Shown piece after piece: positions 34,968-45,277 of a stretch of DNA of 62,495 nucleotides; positions within the stretch are counted from its first letter, which is position 1; each line of letters starts with the position of its first letter. The position numbers were made by a program, and so were the translations under genes. The stretch is from a virus (Duplodnaviria; Caudoviricetes), in the IMG/VR virus record IMGVR_UViG_3300042140_000143, positions 1 through 62,495 of that record. One strand, 5' to 3'. The notes under the pieces were generated by a model, which was given only the letters and a program-made list of their open reading frames with translations, was not told where the DNA came from and did not search any database.

Positions 34968-36761
34968 TCACCCCCCGCCCCAAGCCTGTGGCGACGTGCC
35001 GCTCAGGCCGGTAAAACCACCCCACCAGTTGACTTGGTTCTGCACGCCCCTGCCAATGCCGGCTGCGGCGTCGGCACCACGCTGCGCTGCGGCCTGCGGC
35101 GTGCGGCCAGTGGCCTGCAACCACATCTGCTCCGCCTGCTCCTTCGGAAGGTTCATCTGCTGCGTCACAAAGGCGATGAACGCCGGCTTGTTGTTGGCAA
35201 GCGACTTGAGATGCGACTGCACAAACTCTCCCTGCGGGTTTGCCGACGCCTCGTGGGCCATGACGGCACTTTGCACGGCCGCCGGAATCTGCTCCTCTGG
35301 CACTCCCGACTTGCGGAAGAGGACGCCCAGCGCCGTCTCGCGCAGGCCAGGAGACATGCGGACGGCCGCCATGTACTCCGGGCTCATCTGGTCGGCCAGC
35401 GTCCGCGAGGGCTGGGCCTGACCCGGCCGATTGGCGATCTGGGCCTGTGCCACGTTCCCGGCCACCGCACGCTCCTGCATCGCCATGTCCATCGCCCGCT
35501 GGGCACCACGCTGATTGCCGGCGATGTCCTGAGCCACCGACAGGGCCATCGGATCGCCAGCCTTCACTGCGTCCATCAGCGACCGGACGTACATGCCCGG
35601 AGCGTAGTTGGGGTTTCGCAAGTCGCGAGTCAGGCTGAAATTGGCCTGCCGGTCACGCCACGTCTGGTGTTGCAGGTCGCCCAGCCGGAACCGCATCTGC
35701 TCGTTGATTTCGCGGAGTTTGGTGAAGCCGTCTGGCGTATGCACCAGCGAGAGCATGGCTTCCTTCTCTTCCGGAGACATCATGCGGCCGTAGCGATTGG
35801 CGATGGTGCGAGCAAACTCCATCTTCCGCTGCGGCGACATCTGCGCCTCGTTGTCGAGGACGGCGGCCTGCAACTTCTGCGGGTTGGCCTTGTAGCGCGT
35901 GCCGCCCATCGGCGTCTTCACGACATCGTACTTCTTGCCCAGACGGTCGTGCCGCTCCTGCTCTCGGGCCACGTCCGCCCGCAGCAGGTTCACGTCCTCC
36001 GGCCGGTACTGCGACGTGTCGATGCCGTAGGCCCGGCCCATCGCGACCATGTGTTCAAAACTGCCATCGCCGTAGTATTCGGCCGCCTTCTGGGCATCGG
36101 TCAAAGCGGAGGCGTTGGGGGCGCGGGAACTCCGGCTCCCGTCCGCATTGAGCGTGAACGTGCCCCCGAACGGCGTCATCGGCACTTCCGGCGAGTGGAC
36201 GTTCCGCGACATGGTGCGGCGCTGCTCGGGCGTGTACTGCCCCAGTTTGTAGCCCTCCGGCAGAGGCTTGCCGGAGGCGACACGAGCGCGAGCCGCAGGA
36301 CTCAACTCATTGGGCGAGCCGTACTCGGCACGCAGTGCCATCTCGCGAATGTCAGGCGGCATGTCGCCGTACTTGCCGGAGATGTAGTCCTCAAAACTCT
36401 CCGTGTGGACTCGGGAGCCGCTCTCGTAGTTCCGCCTGACGGCCGCCTGCTCGTCCGGAGACAGCCGCTTGAACACGTCCATCGTCGTGACCTGCTCCTC
36501 GCCTGGAAGCGTGCCAGACTCTGGCGCGGGAGCCGACGGAGCGGCTCGAAGGCCCGCAGGCGTCCGCATGCCGGGTGGGCCACTCACGATGCCGTGAACC
36601 GGACGTGGCGGCAGCGCGTCCATCGGCCCCTGCGGTGCGGGCCTCTCCGGGACCGGCATGTTGAGTTCCTCCTCCGACGGGAGGCCAAGCGGGTTCATCG
36701 GGTCGTCTTGCGCCCCGACCTGCTGCCGGTGAGTGCGGATGCGGTCTTCGATGGATGCCAT
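34968..36761 (-). CDS. Putative internal virion protein
   Basis: 597 aa; helical, Ala/Gln-rich. Confidence 0.55.
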   Translation of the reverse strand: MASIEDRIRTHRQQVGAQDDPMNPLGLPSEEELNMPVPERPAPQGPMDALPPRPVHGIVSGPPGMRTPAGLRAAPSAPAPESGTLPGEEQVTTMDVFKRLSPDEQAAVRRNYESGSRVHTESFEDYISGKYGDMPPDIREMALRAEYGSPNELSPAARARVASGKPLPEGYKLGQYTPEQRRTMSRNVHSPEVPMTPFGGTFTLNADGSRSSRAPNASALTDAQKAAEYYGDGSFEHMVAMGRAYGIDTSQYRPEDVNLLRADVAREQERHDRLGKKYDVVKTPMGGTRYKANPQKLQAAVLDNEAQMSPQRKMEFARTIANRYGRMMSPEEKEAMLSLVHTPDGFTKLREINEQMRFRLGDLQHQTWRDRQANFSLTRDLRNPNYAPGMYVRSLMDAVKAGDPMALSVAQDIAGNQRGAQRAMDMAMQERAVAGNVAQAQIANRPGQAQPSRTLADQMSPEYMAAVRMSPGLRETALGVLFRKSGVPEEQIPAAVQSAVMAHEASANPQGEFVQSHLKSLANNKPAFIAFVTQQMNLPKEQAEQMWLQATGRTPQAAAQRGADAAAGIGRGVQNQVNWWGGFTGLSGTSPQAWGGG

Positions 36762-36764
36762 GAT

Positions 36765-39700
36765 TTACCTCGCGAACAAGTAGTTCTGTAGGGTCTGGTA
36801 AGACTGCTGCGCAGGGGCAGAGCGAGCGCCACGAATACGATCCAAAGCCCGCTCGATAGCCTGCTCCTCCGTCATTGCGTCATTTGCCACAGAGCCGCTT
36901 GCGCCCACATCGACCGGAATCGGGTAGTAGTCGCCTCCACCACCACCGCCGCCGCCGGGACCGCCCGGAGGCAGCGGGATGTCAATGGTCCCACCACCGC
37001 CGGCACTGTTGATGCGCGCCAAGCCGCCGATGCCGACCCCTACCGCCGTCGCGCCACCGGCGAGCCAGGGGAACCACCTACGCTTTTTCTTGTCCGCTGA
37101 GGGGGCGTCAGCAGGCTTCGGCTTCGTATCCACTTCGGGCAACTCGGAGATGTCGGCTCCGTCGTCGCCCGGTTTTGGCCCGGCCGGCTCCGCCACATCG
37201 TCCACAATGTCAACCCCGTCGGCGTCGGGCCGGGCACCCACGTCCGCAGAGTCGCCAGCCACTGGCTTGACGCCATCGGCAGTGGCCGGAGCATCAGCAG
37301 CCGGCGGGGCGTCCTTCTTGCCCCTACGTCCGCGAGACGGCTTGGCAGCGCCGTCGGTCGCGCCGACGGGACTAACATCTCCTCCGGTCGCCTTGATCCT
37401 GGCCGCACGCTCCTTTGCGATGTATTCGTCCCGCTCTTTCGCGGCCTGCTTCTTCCGCTGCGACCTCGACAGTCCGCTGTCCGGGTCGCGGTCGAGCGAG
37501 TCTTGGTAGACCTGCTCCGCTTCGCTCAGGATGTCCTGCTCGATCTCTGCGGCCGTCTTGCCGCCAACAGGAGCGGCGTCCCCGCTGACATCGCTGAGGT
37601 CTGTGGCCGACGCCTCCAGTTTGTCGTCCACGCCAGCCTGCGCCTTCTTGCTGCGGCGTGGCTTCTTGGCGGGCGATTCGGGAGTCTCCGGCAGCGGGTC
37701 CACTGTCGCCGCTTCTTGGACACGCGACGACACAGGCTCCATCGGCACGGGCCTGACGACGCCATCCTCGCCGATGGACACGGGCTTGCTGGCGGCGGTC
37801 GCCTGCTTGCCGTAGGTGCGGTCAAGAATGTCGGCGATCTTGTCGCGGGCCAAGTCGTAAGCCGCCGTGCCGGGCTTGAAAAGGGTCTGCTTCGACAGCA
37901 GGTCTTCGGCCGCCTCGCGAGGGCTGTCAAAAAACCGATAGGCTACTTCGCCCTGCTCGATATGCCGGAGCGGGTTGATGTCGCCGTAGAGGGTTTGGAG
38001 CGCACCTTGCACGCGACTGCCCTGCTGCTGCCCGCCGAGCCGGCCCTTCTTGCCAGCCCCAGTCGTCCCACCCACGTCATCGTCTGGCATCATCTCCAAC
38101 AGGTCGCGCTCGCCAAGTTGGGTCGCAGCATCGCCGGCCAGCACGGCCCGCTCGGCCGGCGACAGATCGGGGTTGGAGCGGTCCAGTCTCGGCTGCACCT
38201 TCGGCCTGCCGCCTACCAGCGTCACGACAAGGGAGTCATACGTCTCCTGCTGGCCCGGACGGTTGATCCAGCGCTCGGACTTTGCGGAGCGGCCTCCCGG
38301 AAAGGCGTCGTCACGCGCCTTGAGTGCAGCCCGGTAGTTCTGCTGCGCGCGGGCCAACTCTGCGGCACCCTGAGCGTTCTGCAACTCAGCGTCGGCCTGA
38401 CGCACGGCCTCCTCAAGTTTCATCGCCTTTGCGATGGCCTCGTCGTCATTGGCGTCCGTGAGCCGCGAGCCTGGAGGGCGAGACTCAAACGGATCGGAGC
38501 GGTCGCGCCCACGAAACGCCAGCGGGGCGTCCTCGCCAAGCCACGCCTTGCGCATGCTCTCGGGCAGACCGCCGCCAGGAGCCTGCTTGTCGAGGCGCTC
38601 CTCGCGCTCTCTGGCGACCGCCATCGCGTCCGCCTCAGCGCCCGGCATGTCCACCTGCTCAAGGTCGCGTGTTGCCACGACAGGCGTGCGGGCGTCTGGG
38701 GCAATGGCCGGGCGAGGCGCGGGCATCTGCGATGCGGCGATCATCCGCGCCTGCTCCTCCGCGTACAGCGGATCGGTGCCGATGATGGCGCTACGGAGGT
38801 CCGCTGCGGCCTGCTGGCGGCGCATGAACGACTGCGAGGCTTCCTGCGCCATCGCCTGGAACGCTTCTTCCGAGATGTCTGGGCGAGTGCGGATGTCCTC
38901 GACAACCTCGCGAGCGGCCTCGACAGCGGCTGGATCGCCAGACCGCTTGGCGGCGTCCAGTTGAATGAGCGCGTCCTCCAGAGGATTGACGCCACGCGAA
39001 ACGCCGGCCAGTGCGTTGGGCGTGAACGCCGGGCCCTCCGGGCCGTCGGCAAGCATGGACTGCACAAACGGACGCGAAGCCTCTGGGTCGGACGTGGACC
39101 AACGCACCTTCATCGCATGCGGCCGCGCCACGCTCGCCGTTGCCGGCGCCAGTTCCTGACCAGAGGACAGACGAGCAAGGACTTCCGCCCGTCGCTCGGC
39201 CGGCAGGGCGTTGAACACCGATGCTAGTGCGTTCCAGTCGCCCTCCGGCATCGACTCCTCAAGCAACTGCCGTGCGGCCTGCACGTCATCCGGCGACTTA
39301 GCACGAGCAGCATCTGGCGTTCGCGGCGCGGCGGCGATGTCTCGCGCGTCTGCGGCACGGGCCAACTGCTCGACAGCCCGCTCCTGCGTGCCGATCCCTG
39401 CGATCCGCTCAAACTCATCCAGGCGGGCCTGCGCGCGGGCGATGGCCTCTGCCCGGACGGCAGGGTCACGCTTGGCGGCAACGGACTCGATGCCCTCCGC
39501 CAGCGCCGGATGCGTCAGGAGTTGATCCCGGCTGGCGCTGCGAAACATCCGGCGGATCGCCGGAGTCAGGGCCAGCGGCTCGTCACTGGGCGTGGTGTAG
39601 GAACGGATGGCCTCCGCCAGCGTGTCCAACTGCTCCGGCCGCTGCGCGTTGGCCGTCAGGTTGAATCGCGGGCCGGTGGCGTCGGTGTCGATGGGCGTGG

Positions 39701-40448
39701 CAGACGCCTCAAGTGGATCAAGGGATGCGCTGGCATCGGTCGTGGTCAGGTCGCCGGGCATGCGGCGCTCGATGACGTTGCCGAGCGTGTCCACGACGGT
39801 GCCGTCCTCAAACAGATAGCGGTCGTCGCCAATTTGCGTCACCGGCGTGCCGTCCTCGCCCACCAACTGCTTGGTGTTGCCGATCTGGGCAAACGGACGC
39901 ACCTCGCCGCCGGCGGCGGGAGTTACGGTCTGGGGCGGCGGAGGCATATCGGGCTGCACCTGACTGCGGCGCAGGCCAGCCAGTTCCTCCGGAGTCAGCG
40001 GGGCACCAGACTGCACCTTGCGCAGGATGGCCCGCACCTGCGCCTGCGGGAGCGGGCCGGCGTACACGAGTTCCGGGTCCGCCCCAGCCCGCACGAGTTC
40101 CAGCGCGTCCTCGATGGACAGCGCGTCGGGCCCGGAGTTGCCAAGCGCCCGGACCATGTTGATGAGTTCCGGCGCACTGGCGTTCGGCGTCTCCGTGACA
40201 GACTCCGCAACGACGCGAGGCTCCGCGAACTCGGCGGGGCTCATGCCCTCGCCGGGCATGGTCGCCGGCACCTCGCCGGGCGTCGGGTCCATGTACAGCG
40301 GCGCATCGTCCAGCGGCACAGCGCGAGGATTGGGCATGCTGCGCTGCCGTGCGGCAACCTGCATGGCCTCGCGCTGCGCAGCCTCTACGGCGGCACGGCG
40401 AGCCTCTTGCTGCAACCGGAGAATGCGAAGCGCTGCTGGGGAGGCCAT
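36765..40448 (-). CDS. Large putative internal virion protein
   Basis: 1227 aa; Ala/Pro-rich with a C-terminal hydrophobic segment. Confidence 0.55.
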   Translation of the reverse strand: MASPAALRILRLQQEARRAAVEAAQREAMQVAARQRSMPNPRAVPLDDAPLYMDPTPGEVPATMPGEGMSPAEFAEPRVVAESVTETPNASAPELINMVRALGNSGPDALSIEDALELVRAGADPELVYAGPLPQAQVRAILRKVQSGAPLTPEELAGLRRSQVQPDMPPPPQTVTPAAGGEVRPFAQIGNTKQLVGEDGTPVTQIGDDRYLFEDGTVVDTLGNVIERRMPGDLTTTDASASLDPLEASATPIDTDATGPRFNLTANAQRPEQLDTLAEAIRSYTTPSDEPLALTPAIRRMFRSASRDQLLTHPALAEGIESVAAKRDPAVRAEAIARAQARLDEFERIAGIGTQERAVEQLARAADARDIAAAPRTPDAARAKSPDDVQAARQLLEESMPEGDWNALASVFNALPAERRAEVLARLSSGQELAPATASVARPHAMKVRWSTSDPEASRPFVQSMLADGPEGPAFTPNALAGVSRGVNPLEDALIQLDAAKRSGDPAAVEAAREVVEDIRTRPDISEEAFQAMAQEASQSFMRRQQAAADLRSAIIGTDPLYAEEQARMIAASQMPAPRPAIAPDARTPVVATRDLEQVDMPGAEADAMAVAREREERLDKQAPGGGLPESMRKAWLGEDAPLAFRGRDRSDPFESRPPGSRLTDANDDEAIAKAMKLEEAVRQADAELQNAQGAAELARAQQNYRAALKARDDAFPGGRSAKSERWINRPGQQETYDSLVVTLVGGRPKVQPRLDRSNPDLSPAERAVLAGDAATQLGERDLLEMMPDDDVGGTTGAGKKGRLGGQQQGSRVQGALQTLYGDINPLRHIEQGEVAYRFFDSPREAAEDLLSKQTLFKPGTAAYDLARDKIADILDRTYGKQATAASKPVSIGEDGVVRPVPMEPVSSRVQEAATVDPLPETPESPAKKPRRSKKAQAGVDDKLEASATDLSDVSGDAAPVGGKTAAEIEQDILSEAEQVYQDSLDRDPDSGLSRSQRKKQAAKERDEYIAKERAARIKATGGDVSPVGATDGAAKPSRGRRGKKDAPPAADAPATADGVKPVAGDSADVGARPDADGVDIVDDVAEPAGPKPGDDGADISELPEVDTKPKPADAPSADKKKRRWFPWLAGGATAVGVGIGGLARINSAGGGGTIDIPLPPGGPGGGGGGGGDYYPIPVDVGASGSVANDAMTEEQAIERALDRIRGARSAPAQQSYQTLQNYLFAR

Positions 40449-40744
40449 TACTTGCCCTTCTTCTTGGAGGGCTTGATCTCGGCCTCGATCTCCTCGTCCT
40501 CGTCGTCCGACTCCTCCTCATCGTCCTGCGAGAGTTCCGGAGGCAGGTCGTCCTTCGTCACGGGGATCGGAGCGGGCTTGCCGTTCGTCTCCTCGTGCAG
40601 GTCGGACAGGGCCTCACGCTCCTCGTCCGCCGTCTCGGCGTCCTTGCCCTCCGGCTTCTTGCCGGCCTTCGCCAGCATGCTCTTGATGAGTTTGCGAAGG
40701 GCCTTCGGCGGAAGGTCTTCAAGATCGAGTTCTGCGGCATCCAT
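40448..40744 (-). CDS. Small acidic protein
   Basis: AAGGAG RBS; TAATG-coupled. Confidence 0.65.
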   Translation of the reverse strand: MDAAELDLEDLPPKALRKLIKSMLAKAGKKPEGKDAETADEEREALSDLHEETNGKPAPIPVTKDDLPPELSQDDEEESDDEDEEIEAEIKPSKKKGK

Positions 40745-40755
40745 GCCTATCTCCT

Positions 40756-41286
40756 TCAATCCAAGAGTTTCGACAGCAACGGCGTCCAATCGAGTTGCTG
40801 CTGGTCAAGTCCGAACTGGCCCCTGCGGTACGCCTCGTACATGTCCTGCTGCACGTTGCGACCGGCGAGGCGCTCCATCGCGTCGTTGTTGCGCAGGCCC
40901 TCAAGCAGCCCGGCGTTGGCGATCTGCTCGTTGCGCAGCGTCGAGTCGTATGCCTGACGGGCCTGAGCGTTTGCTGCCGCTGCGGCCATCTCCGTCTGGG
41001 CGGCACCGACCGACCCCTTCACGTCCGCAGCGTCTTGGGCCATCTGCGCCGCATAGCGCTGGCCCTTGCCGCGAGACATGCCACGACGGTCAGCGTCGGA
41101 CAGGGCCATCTCGCGAGCCCCGAAGCCTGCGGCCATCTGGTTGTTGACGGCCCCCTGCACGGCGGCATCAGAAATGGCCGGCGGCCTGCCAAGTCCGGGA
41201 CTCGCGGCCTGCATCGGCGCAGAGCGGCGCGGCTGCAAGGGCGATGCCCCACGCGCCGGCAGCGAACGGTCGAGCCCAACGGCCAT
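40756..41286 (-). CDS. Gln/Ala-rich putative pilot/ejection protein
   Basis: Composition and position. Confidence 0.55.
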   Translation of the reverse strand: MAVGLDRSLPARGASPLQPRRSAPMQAASPGLGRPPAISDAAVQGAVNNQMAAGFGAREMALSDADRRGMSRGKGQRYAAQMAQDAADVKGSVGAAQTEMAAAAANAQARQAYDSTLRNEQIANAGLLEGLRNNDAMERLAGRNVQQDMYEAYRRGQFGLDQQQLDWTPLLSKLLD

Positions 41287-41651
41287 CAGAAGTCCCTCGC
41301 GAGGCCGTTGAGGAGCATCTGCTGGAGGCCCAACTGCCGCCGCTTCTGGAGGCTGGCGTAGTCAAAGCCCATGTTGACATCGAACAGGCTGCTGCGGCTG
41401 TCGGCGCTCCGACGAGCAGTGCGCTCCTGAGACGCATTGGCCGCCTGCTGCGCGGAGTTGCGGGCCATCGCCTGCCGCTGCTGGCTGTCGTCTTGCATCT
41501 GCTTGAGAGCGAAGTCTTGGTTCTTCTGCTCGCGGTCCATGTTCAAGCCGGAAGCAGCCTGCATCGCCTGCCCCTTCGCAAAGGGACTGGACTTCGGGGA
41601 CAGGCCAGACAGGAGCGAGTCGGGCTTGAAGCCAATGGCTTGCTGGTACAC
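41286..41651 (-). CDS. Gln-rich putative pilot/ejection protein
   Basis: GGAGG RBS, GTG start. Confidence 0.55.
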   Translation of the reverse strand: MYQQAIGFKPDSLLSGLSPKSSPFAKGQAMQAASGLNMDREQKNQDFALKQMQDDSQQRQAMARNSAQQAANASQERTARRSADSRSSLFDVNMGFDYASLQKRRQLGLQQMLLNGLARDF

Positions 41652-41666
41652 GGCGTTCCTCCCGGA

Positions 41667-42047
41667 CTAGCGGCTTCCGCCCATGCCAGACGGCTTGCCG
41701 CCGAAGCCCTGCTTCTTCTGCGCCGAGCCCAGCGGAGTCAGACGCATGGACGACATGCCGTCGTACATGCCTCCGGTCATGTCGCCGCCACCCCACTGCT
41801 TGACGAGCCCGTCGAGGACGCCGTACTTGCGCTCCTGCGACTGCCGCGCCGTCTCGGAGTCGTACATGCGCCGCTGCTGCTCGCCCTGCTGGAGCGAACG
41901 CTCGTATGCCTCGCGCTGCCCCTCCACGCTCTGGCCGTAGGCCCGAAACTGCGATTGGCGATCCGCCTCAGCCTGCGCGGCTCCGTAGGTGTACTGCGGC
42001 CCGCCGTAGAACTGATTCGCGCCGTACTGCATCCCTGCGTATGACAC
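41667..42047 (-). CDS. Gly/Gln-rich virion-associated protein
   Basis: AAGGAG RBS. Confidence 0.55.
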   Translation of the reverse strand: MSYAGMQYGANQFYGGPQYTYGAAQAEADRQSQFRAYGQSVEGQREAYERSLQQGEQQRRMYDSETARQSQERKYGVLDGLVKQWGGGDMTGGMYDGMSSMRLTPLGSAQKKQGFGGKPSGMGGSR

Positions 42048-42065
42048 CGCATGACTCCTTGAGAA

Positions 42066-42677
42066 CTAGGCCGTGTACCGAAAGCGCCTGCCGTCACCGT
42101 CCACAACCGGCGCACCCCTGACGGCCTCCTCGTCGTACTCCGACAGCCGATCCGGGATTTGCACCATCGGGGCGCTGCCGTACCGCTTCGGAGGCGGCGG
42201 TGCCACTGGCGCGCCAGCCGGCAGCGGTGGCGGGAGCGGCGGAGGCGGCGGGCCGTCTTTCTCCTGCTTGCGCTGCGGCGGCGGATTGTTCGGCTGCGGC
42301 GGCACGCCAGCGCCGTCTTGCTCGGCCTGCTTGAAGCCGCCTCCGCCTCCGCTGTTGCTGCTGCTAGTGCTGCGCGATGCCACCCGCACAAGCGGGGCAG
42401 CGATCTGATTGGGATTGCGCTCCGTAGCGCCTGGAGCGTTCTGGCGGACGGCCGACAGCAGTTCGCGAATCTTGTTGCCAGCCGACACGGAGCCAGCCAC
42501 GTCGCCGCTATACAGGGCCGCGAACTTGGCGTCCCGCATGGCGCCTACCGCGTCCTGCCTCTTGAGGTGATCCTCAAGGCCGCCGTAGTCGTATGTCTCG
42601 CTGAGACTCGACTGCGACTCAGAGCGAGGCGCGGAATACTCAAATGCCTGTGCGCCGGGAGCCCGAAAAACAGCCAT
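42066..42677 (-). CDS. Pro-rich hypothetical protein
   Basis: GAGG RBS; preceded by GACATAAAT. Confidence 0.6.
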   Translation of the reverse strand: MAVFRAPGAQAFEYSAPRSESQSSLSETYDYGGLEDHLKRQDAVGAMRDAKFAALYSGDVAGSVSAGNKIRELLSAVRQNAPGATERNPNQIAAPLVRVASRSTSSSNSGGGGGFKQAEQDGAGVPPQPNNPPPQRKQEKDGPPPPPLPPPLPAGAPVAPPPPKRYGSAPMVQIPDRLSEYDEEAVRGAPVVDGDGRRFRYTA

Positions 42678-42713
42678 AAGCAACCTCTCTCTGGATTTAT
42701 GTCCGGAGGCGGG

Positions 42714-43169
42714 CTACTTAGCGGCGGCGTTTCTGGCCCTCCTGACGGCGACTAGGACCATCTGTCTGGCTGCGGCCCGGACAAACGGCAGGCCCCGCCG
42801 CTTGGCCTCCTCCTCCAGCCAGCCGACGATCTCGTCTAGCCGGCGTTCGCACTCGTCTGGGCCCCAGAGGTCCATCTGGACGGCGTGGGCGTTGCACGGG
42901 CAGGTGGGGGTAGCCTGGATGCCAAGCCAGCGGCGCAGCATGTCCTTGAGTTCCGTGCCAGGACCGCCGGCCGGTGGGGCGCGAACGGATGCGGGCAGGC
43001 TCGTCACCACATCCCCGACAGCCAGCGTCTTCTTGGGGTAGGCGGGATGCGACGGGTCCACGACTATCCAGTCGCTGTCCTCGCTCGCGATGCACGCCCG
43101 CACCTGCTCAAGCGTGTAGCCCCGCTCTCGGCAGCGCTGCTCTAGGTGATGGAGTTTGCAGCGGATCAC
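42714..43169 (-). CDS. Conserved Cys-containing phage protein (GPGTELK family)
   Basis: GPGTELK..L...GI...CPC...MDLWGPD.C; GTG coupled to the upstream stop. Confidence 0.7.
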   Translation of the reverse strand: MIRCKLHHLEQRCRERGYTLEQVRACIASEDSDWIVVDPSHPAYPKKTLAVGDVVTSLPASVRAPPAGGPGTELKDMLRRWLGIQATPTCPCNAHAVQMDLWGPDECERRLDEIVGWLEEEAKRRGLPFVRAAARQMVLVAVRRARNAAAK

Positions 43170-43825
43170 GGCAGCGGGTTCTCCGGGCACGGCTGGTTCT
43201 GCACGTTCTGTTCTGTCCCATAGCAGACATCCAACTGCATGCTTTGGGAGCAATTCCAATAGGCGAGCCCGCTCACCGACTGGGCGTCCGCACCGCCGCA
43301 CGTCTCGCTATAGATTCCAGTCCAGCATCCGGGCACTACTTCCTCTAATGTGGTGCAGCAATCCTCGCAACTCTCTACGAGACGAGCGCGCCAGTACCAC
43401 TGCGAGAACAGTCGCGGCGCATCCTCCCAGCCCTCCTCCTGCATTTCCTCCTGCGTCGGAAACGGGCACGGCTCTCCTCCCTGCTGCCATGCCTGTCGCG
43501 GCGGAGGAGGCGGCGCGGTGAAGGCCCATGTCAGGTCGTTCGCGCAATACCAAGACAGTCCGCCGCACGGCAACACATCCGCGTAGACGGCAAGTATCCC
43601 TGCTGGCTGCGGCGGAACCTGTTGCCGCAGCGTCGTTGCGCAAAAGTCACCGACCTTCTCATTGGTCCATGTGGAGGTGTAGGTACTCAACACCTTCTCG
43701 TAGCACACCAGATAGCACTGGCAGTCGTTGCAGCAATCCGAATTGCCCGCGAGCGCTGGCGGATAAAAAGTCGGGGCCGGGTTGGCCCACAGGACGAGTT
43801 GCGTGCCGTTCCGCCAGAGCCCCAT
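43166..43825 (-). CDS. Cys-rich virion-associated protein
   Basis: Multiple CC/CxC motifs. Confidence 0.6.
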   Translation of the reverse strand: MGLWRNGTQLVLWANPAPTFYPPALAGNSDCCNDCQCYLVCYEKVLSTYTSTWTNEKVGDFCATTLRQQVPPQPAGILAVYADVLPCGGLSWYCANDLTWAFTAPPPPPRQAWQQGGEPCPFPTQEEMQEEGWEDAPRLFSQWYWRARLVESCEDCCTTLEEVVPGCWTGIYSETCGGADAQSVSGLAYWNCSQSMQLDVCYGTEQNVQNQPCPENPLP

Positions 43826-43828
43826 GCG

Positions 43829-45274
43829 TCATTCGCCTAGCGTGCTTGGCGGGCAGTCTTGGACCGGTATCAAGCCGTCGTCCGCCTCTTCTTCCGCCAG
43901 CACATAGAGTTTCTTCTTGTGAATCACGAGCCCGGATGTGGTCAGCGTCACGTCCGTCACTACTGTGACCAGATGAGATCGCCACATGAGGCACGGCTCC
44001 TGCGCCGGGTCGGTCGCGCCCGGCAGCGCATACGACAGCGCCGATGGCTTGGTGGCGTCGTAGCCAGACAGGCCCGTGACCAGCAGGCCGTTCAGCGAGG
44101 CGAACGCCGTACACTCCTCAGCGTTCTGGATTTCGATGGCGTAATACTCGGCAAGCGGGTTGCCTGCCACCTGCACATACTCGCCCACCACGTCGTACTG
44201 CTGCTCTGCGGTGTAGGTCGTGGACGGCCGATCCGCCTCCTTGTCGATCTGTTCGGACTCGTTGAGCGTGGTCGCCGGCGCTACTGGCAGGTCGGGCACC
44301 TTGTCCCGCGTGCGCACTCCGTACAGCACATACTTGGTGCTTGGAGTGTTGGGGACCGTCTGCGTGCGGTTGATGACATCCACCTGCGTCCCGGACGTAG
44401 GCCACACGGCAGTGACCTGCTTGGTGGCGTTGCGCGCCCAACCGCCCGTGAACGTGCCGATGCGGTAGGTGTTGAAGTACGAGGGGGACTGTCCTACAGA
44501 CCCGAAGGCCGGAATAGTGCGCCGGCGTCCGTACAGGCCATGCTTGTCGTCCACGACCTCCGATACCACTGTCTGCTCAACCGTCGGGATCGTGTCCAGC
44601 CGCTGCCGGTTCTCGTCCCACGCCTTGATTCGCTTGTAGGTGACCTCCAGCCCCTTGCCTTCCACGAACTCCACCTTCGTCACCACGTCGTAGTCGGCGC
44701 GGTTGAGCATCTGGAGATTCCAGAGAACTTCCCGGTTGTTCTCTTGGATGTCCAGCCGAGCCGTCCCGTCGTTGGGGCCGACCTGCGCTCTGGGTGCCTT
44801 GCCGACCAACTGATTGGCCTGACTGTCGAGCATCGTCAGCGGCAGGCCCGCCGGAGGGCGAGCCGCCACGACATTGTTGACATCCACCCGCGCCGCCCGC
44901 CCGTTGCCGACCACGCTGGTGAGCGTGCCGTTGGCGACCCGGAAGTTCGCCTCGATCTGCTGTGGTGCCACAACGGAAATGACGTTCGGCTCTGGCTGGC
45001 TGACGACCTTCTCCTCCGAGTCCGCGACACGCTGCGGGCGGTAATCCGGGTCGGCGGCCCGGTCGTCCATGTTGACGAACCGAGTCTTCCGCTGCTCCGG
45101 GCCGACCATGCGGAAGTCGGCGGGCGTGCTGTCGTGCGTGACAGAGCCCGAGTGCCGCATCTCTTGGGCGCTGTTGCCCAAGATGTTGGCAATCTGCGTG
45201 GCAGCGTCAGGCGACAGCCCGGCCTGCACCAGTGCCCCGCGAATCTGCCGGCGCTGCTCGCCAAACGCGGACAT
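43829..45274 (-). CDS. Putative tail protein
   Basis: 481 aa downstream of the large tail gene; GTFTGGW motif. Confidence 0.55.
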   Translation of the reverse strand: MSAFGEQRRQIRGALVQAGLSPDAATQIANILGNSAQEMRHSGSVTHDSTPADFRMVGPEQRKTRFVNMDDRAADPDYRPQRVADSEEKVVSQPEPNVISVVAPQQIEANFRVANGTLTSVVGNGRAARVDVNNVVAARPPAGLPLTMLDSQANQLVGKAPRAQVGPNDGTARLDIQENNREVLWNLQMLNRADYDVVTKVEFVEGKGLEVTYKRIKAWDENRQRLDTIPTVEQTVVSEVVDDKHGLYGRRRTIPAFGSVGQSPSYFNTYRIGTFTGGWARNATKQVTAVWPTSGTQVDVINRTQTVPNTPSTKYVLYGVRTRDKVPDLPVAPATTLNESEQIDKEADRPSTTYTAEQQYDVVGEYVQVAGNPLAEYYAIEIQNAEECTAFASLNGLLVTGLSGYDATKPSALSYALPGATDPAQEPCLMWRSHLVTVVTDVTLTTSGLVIHKKKLYVLAEEEADDGLIPVQDCPPSTLGE

Positions 45275-45277
45275 GCG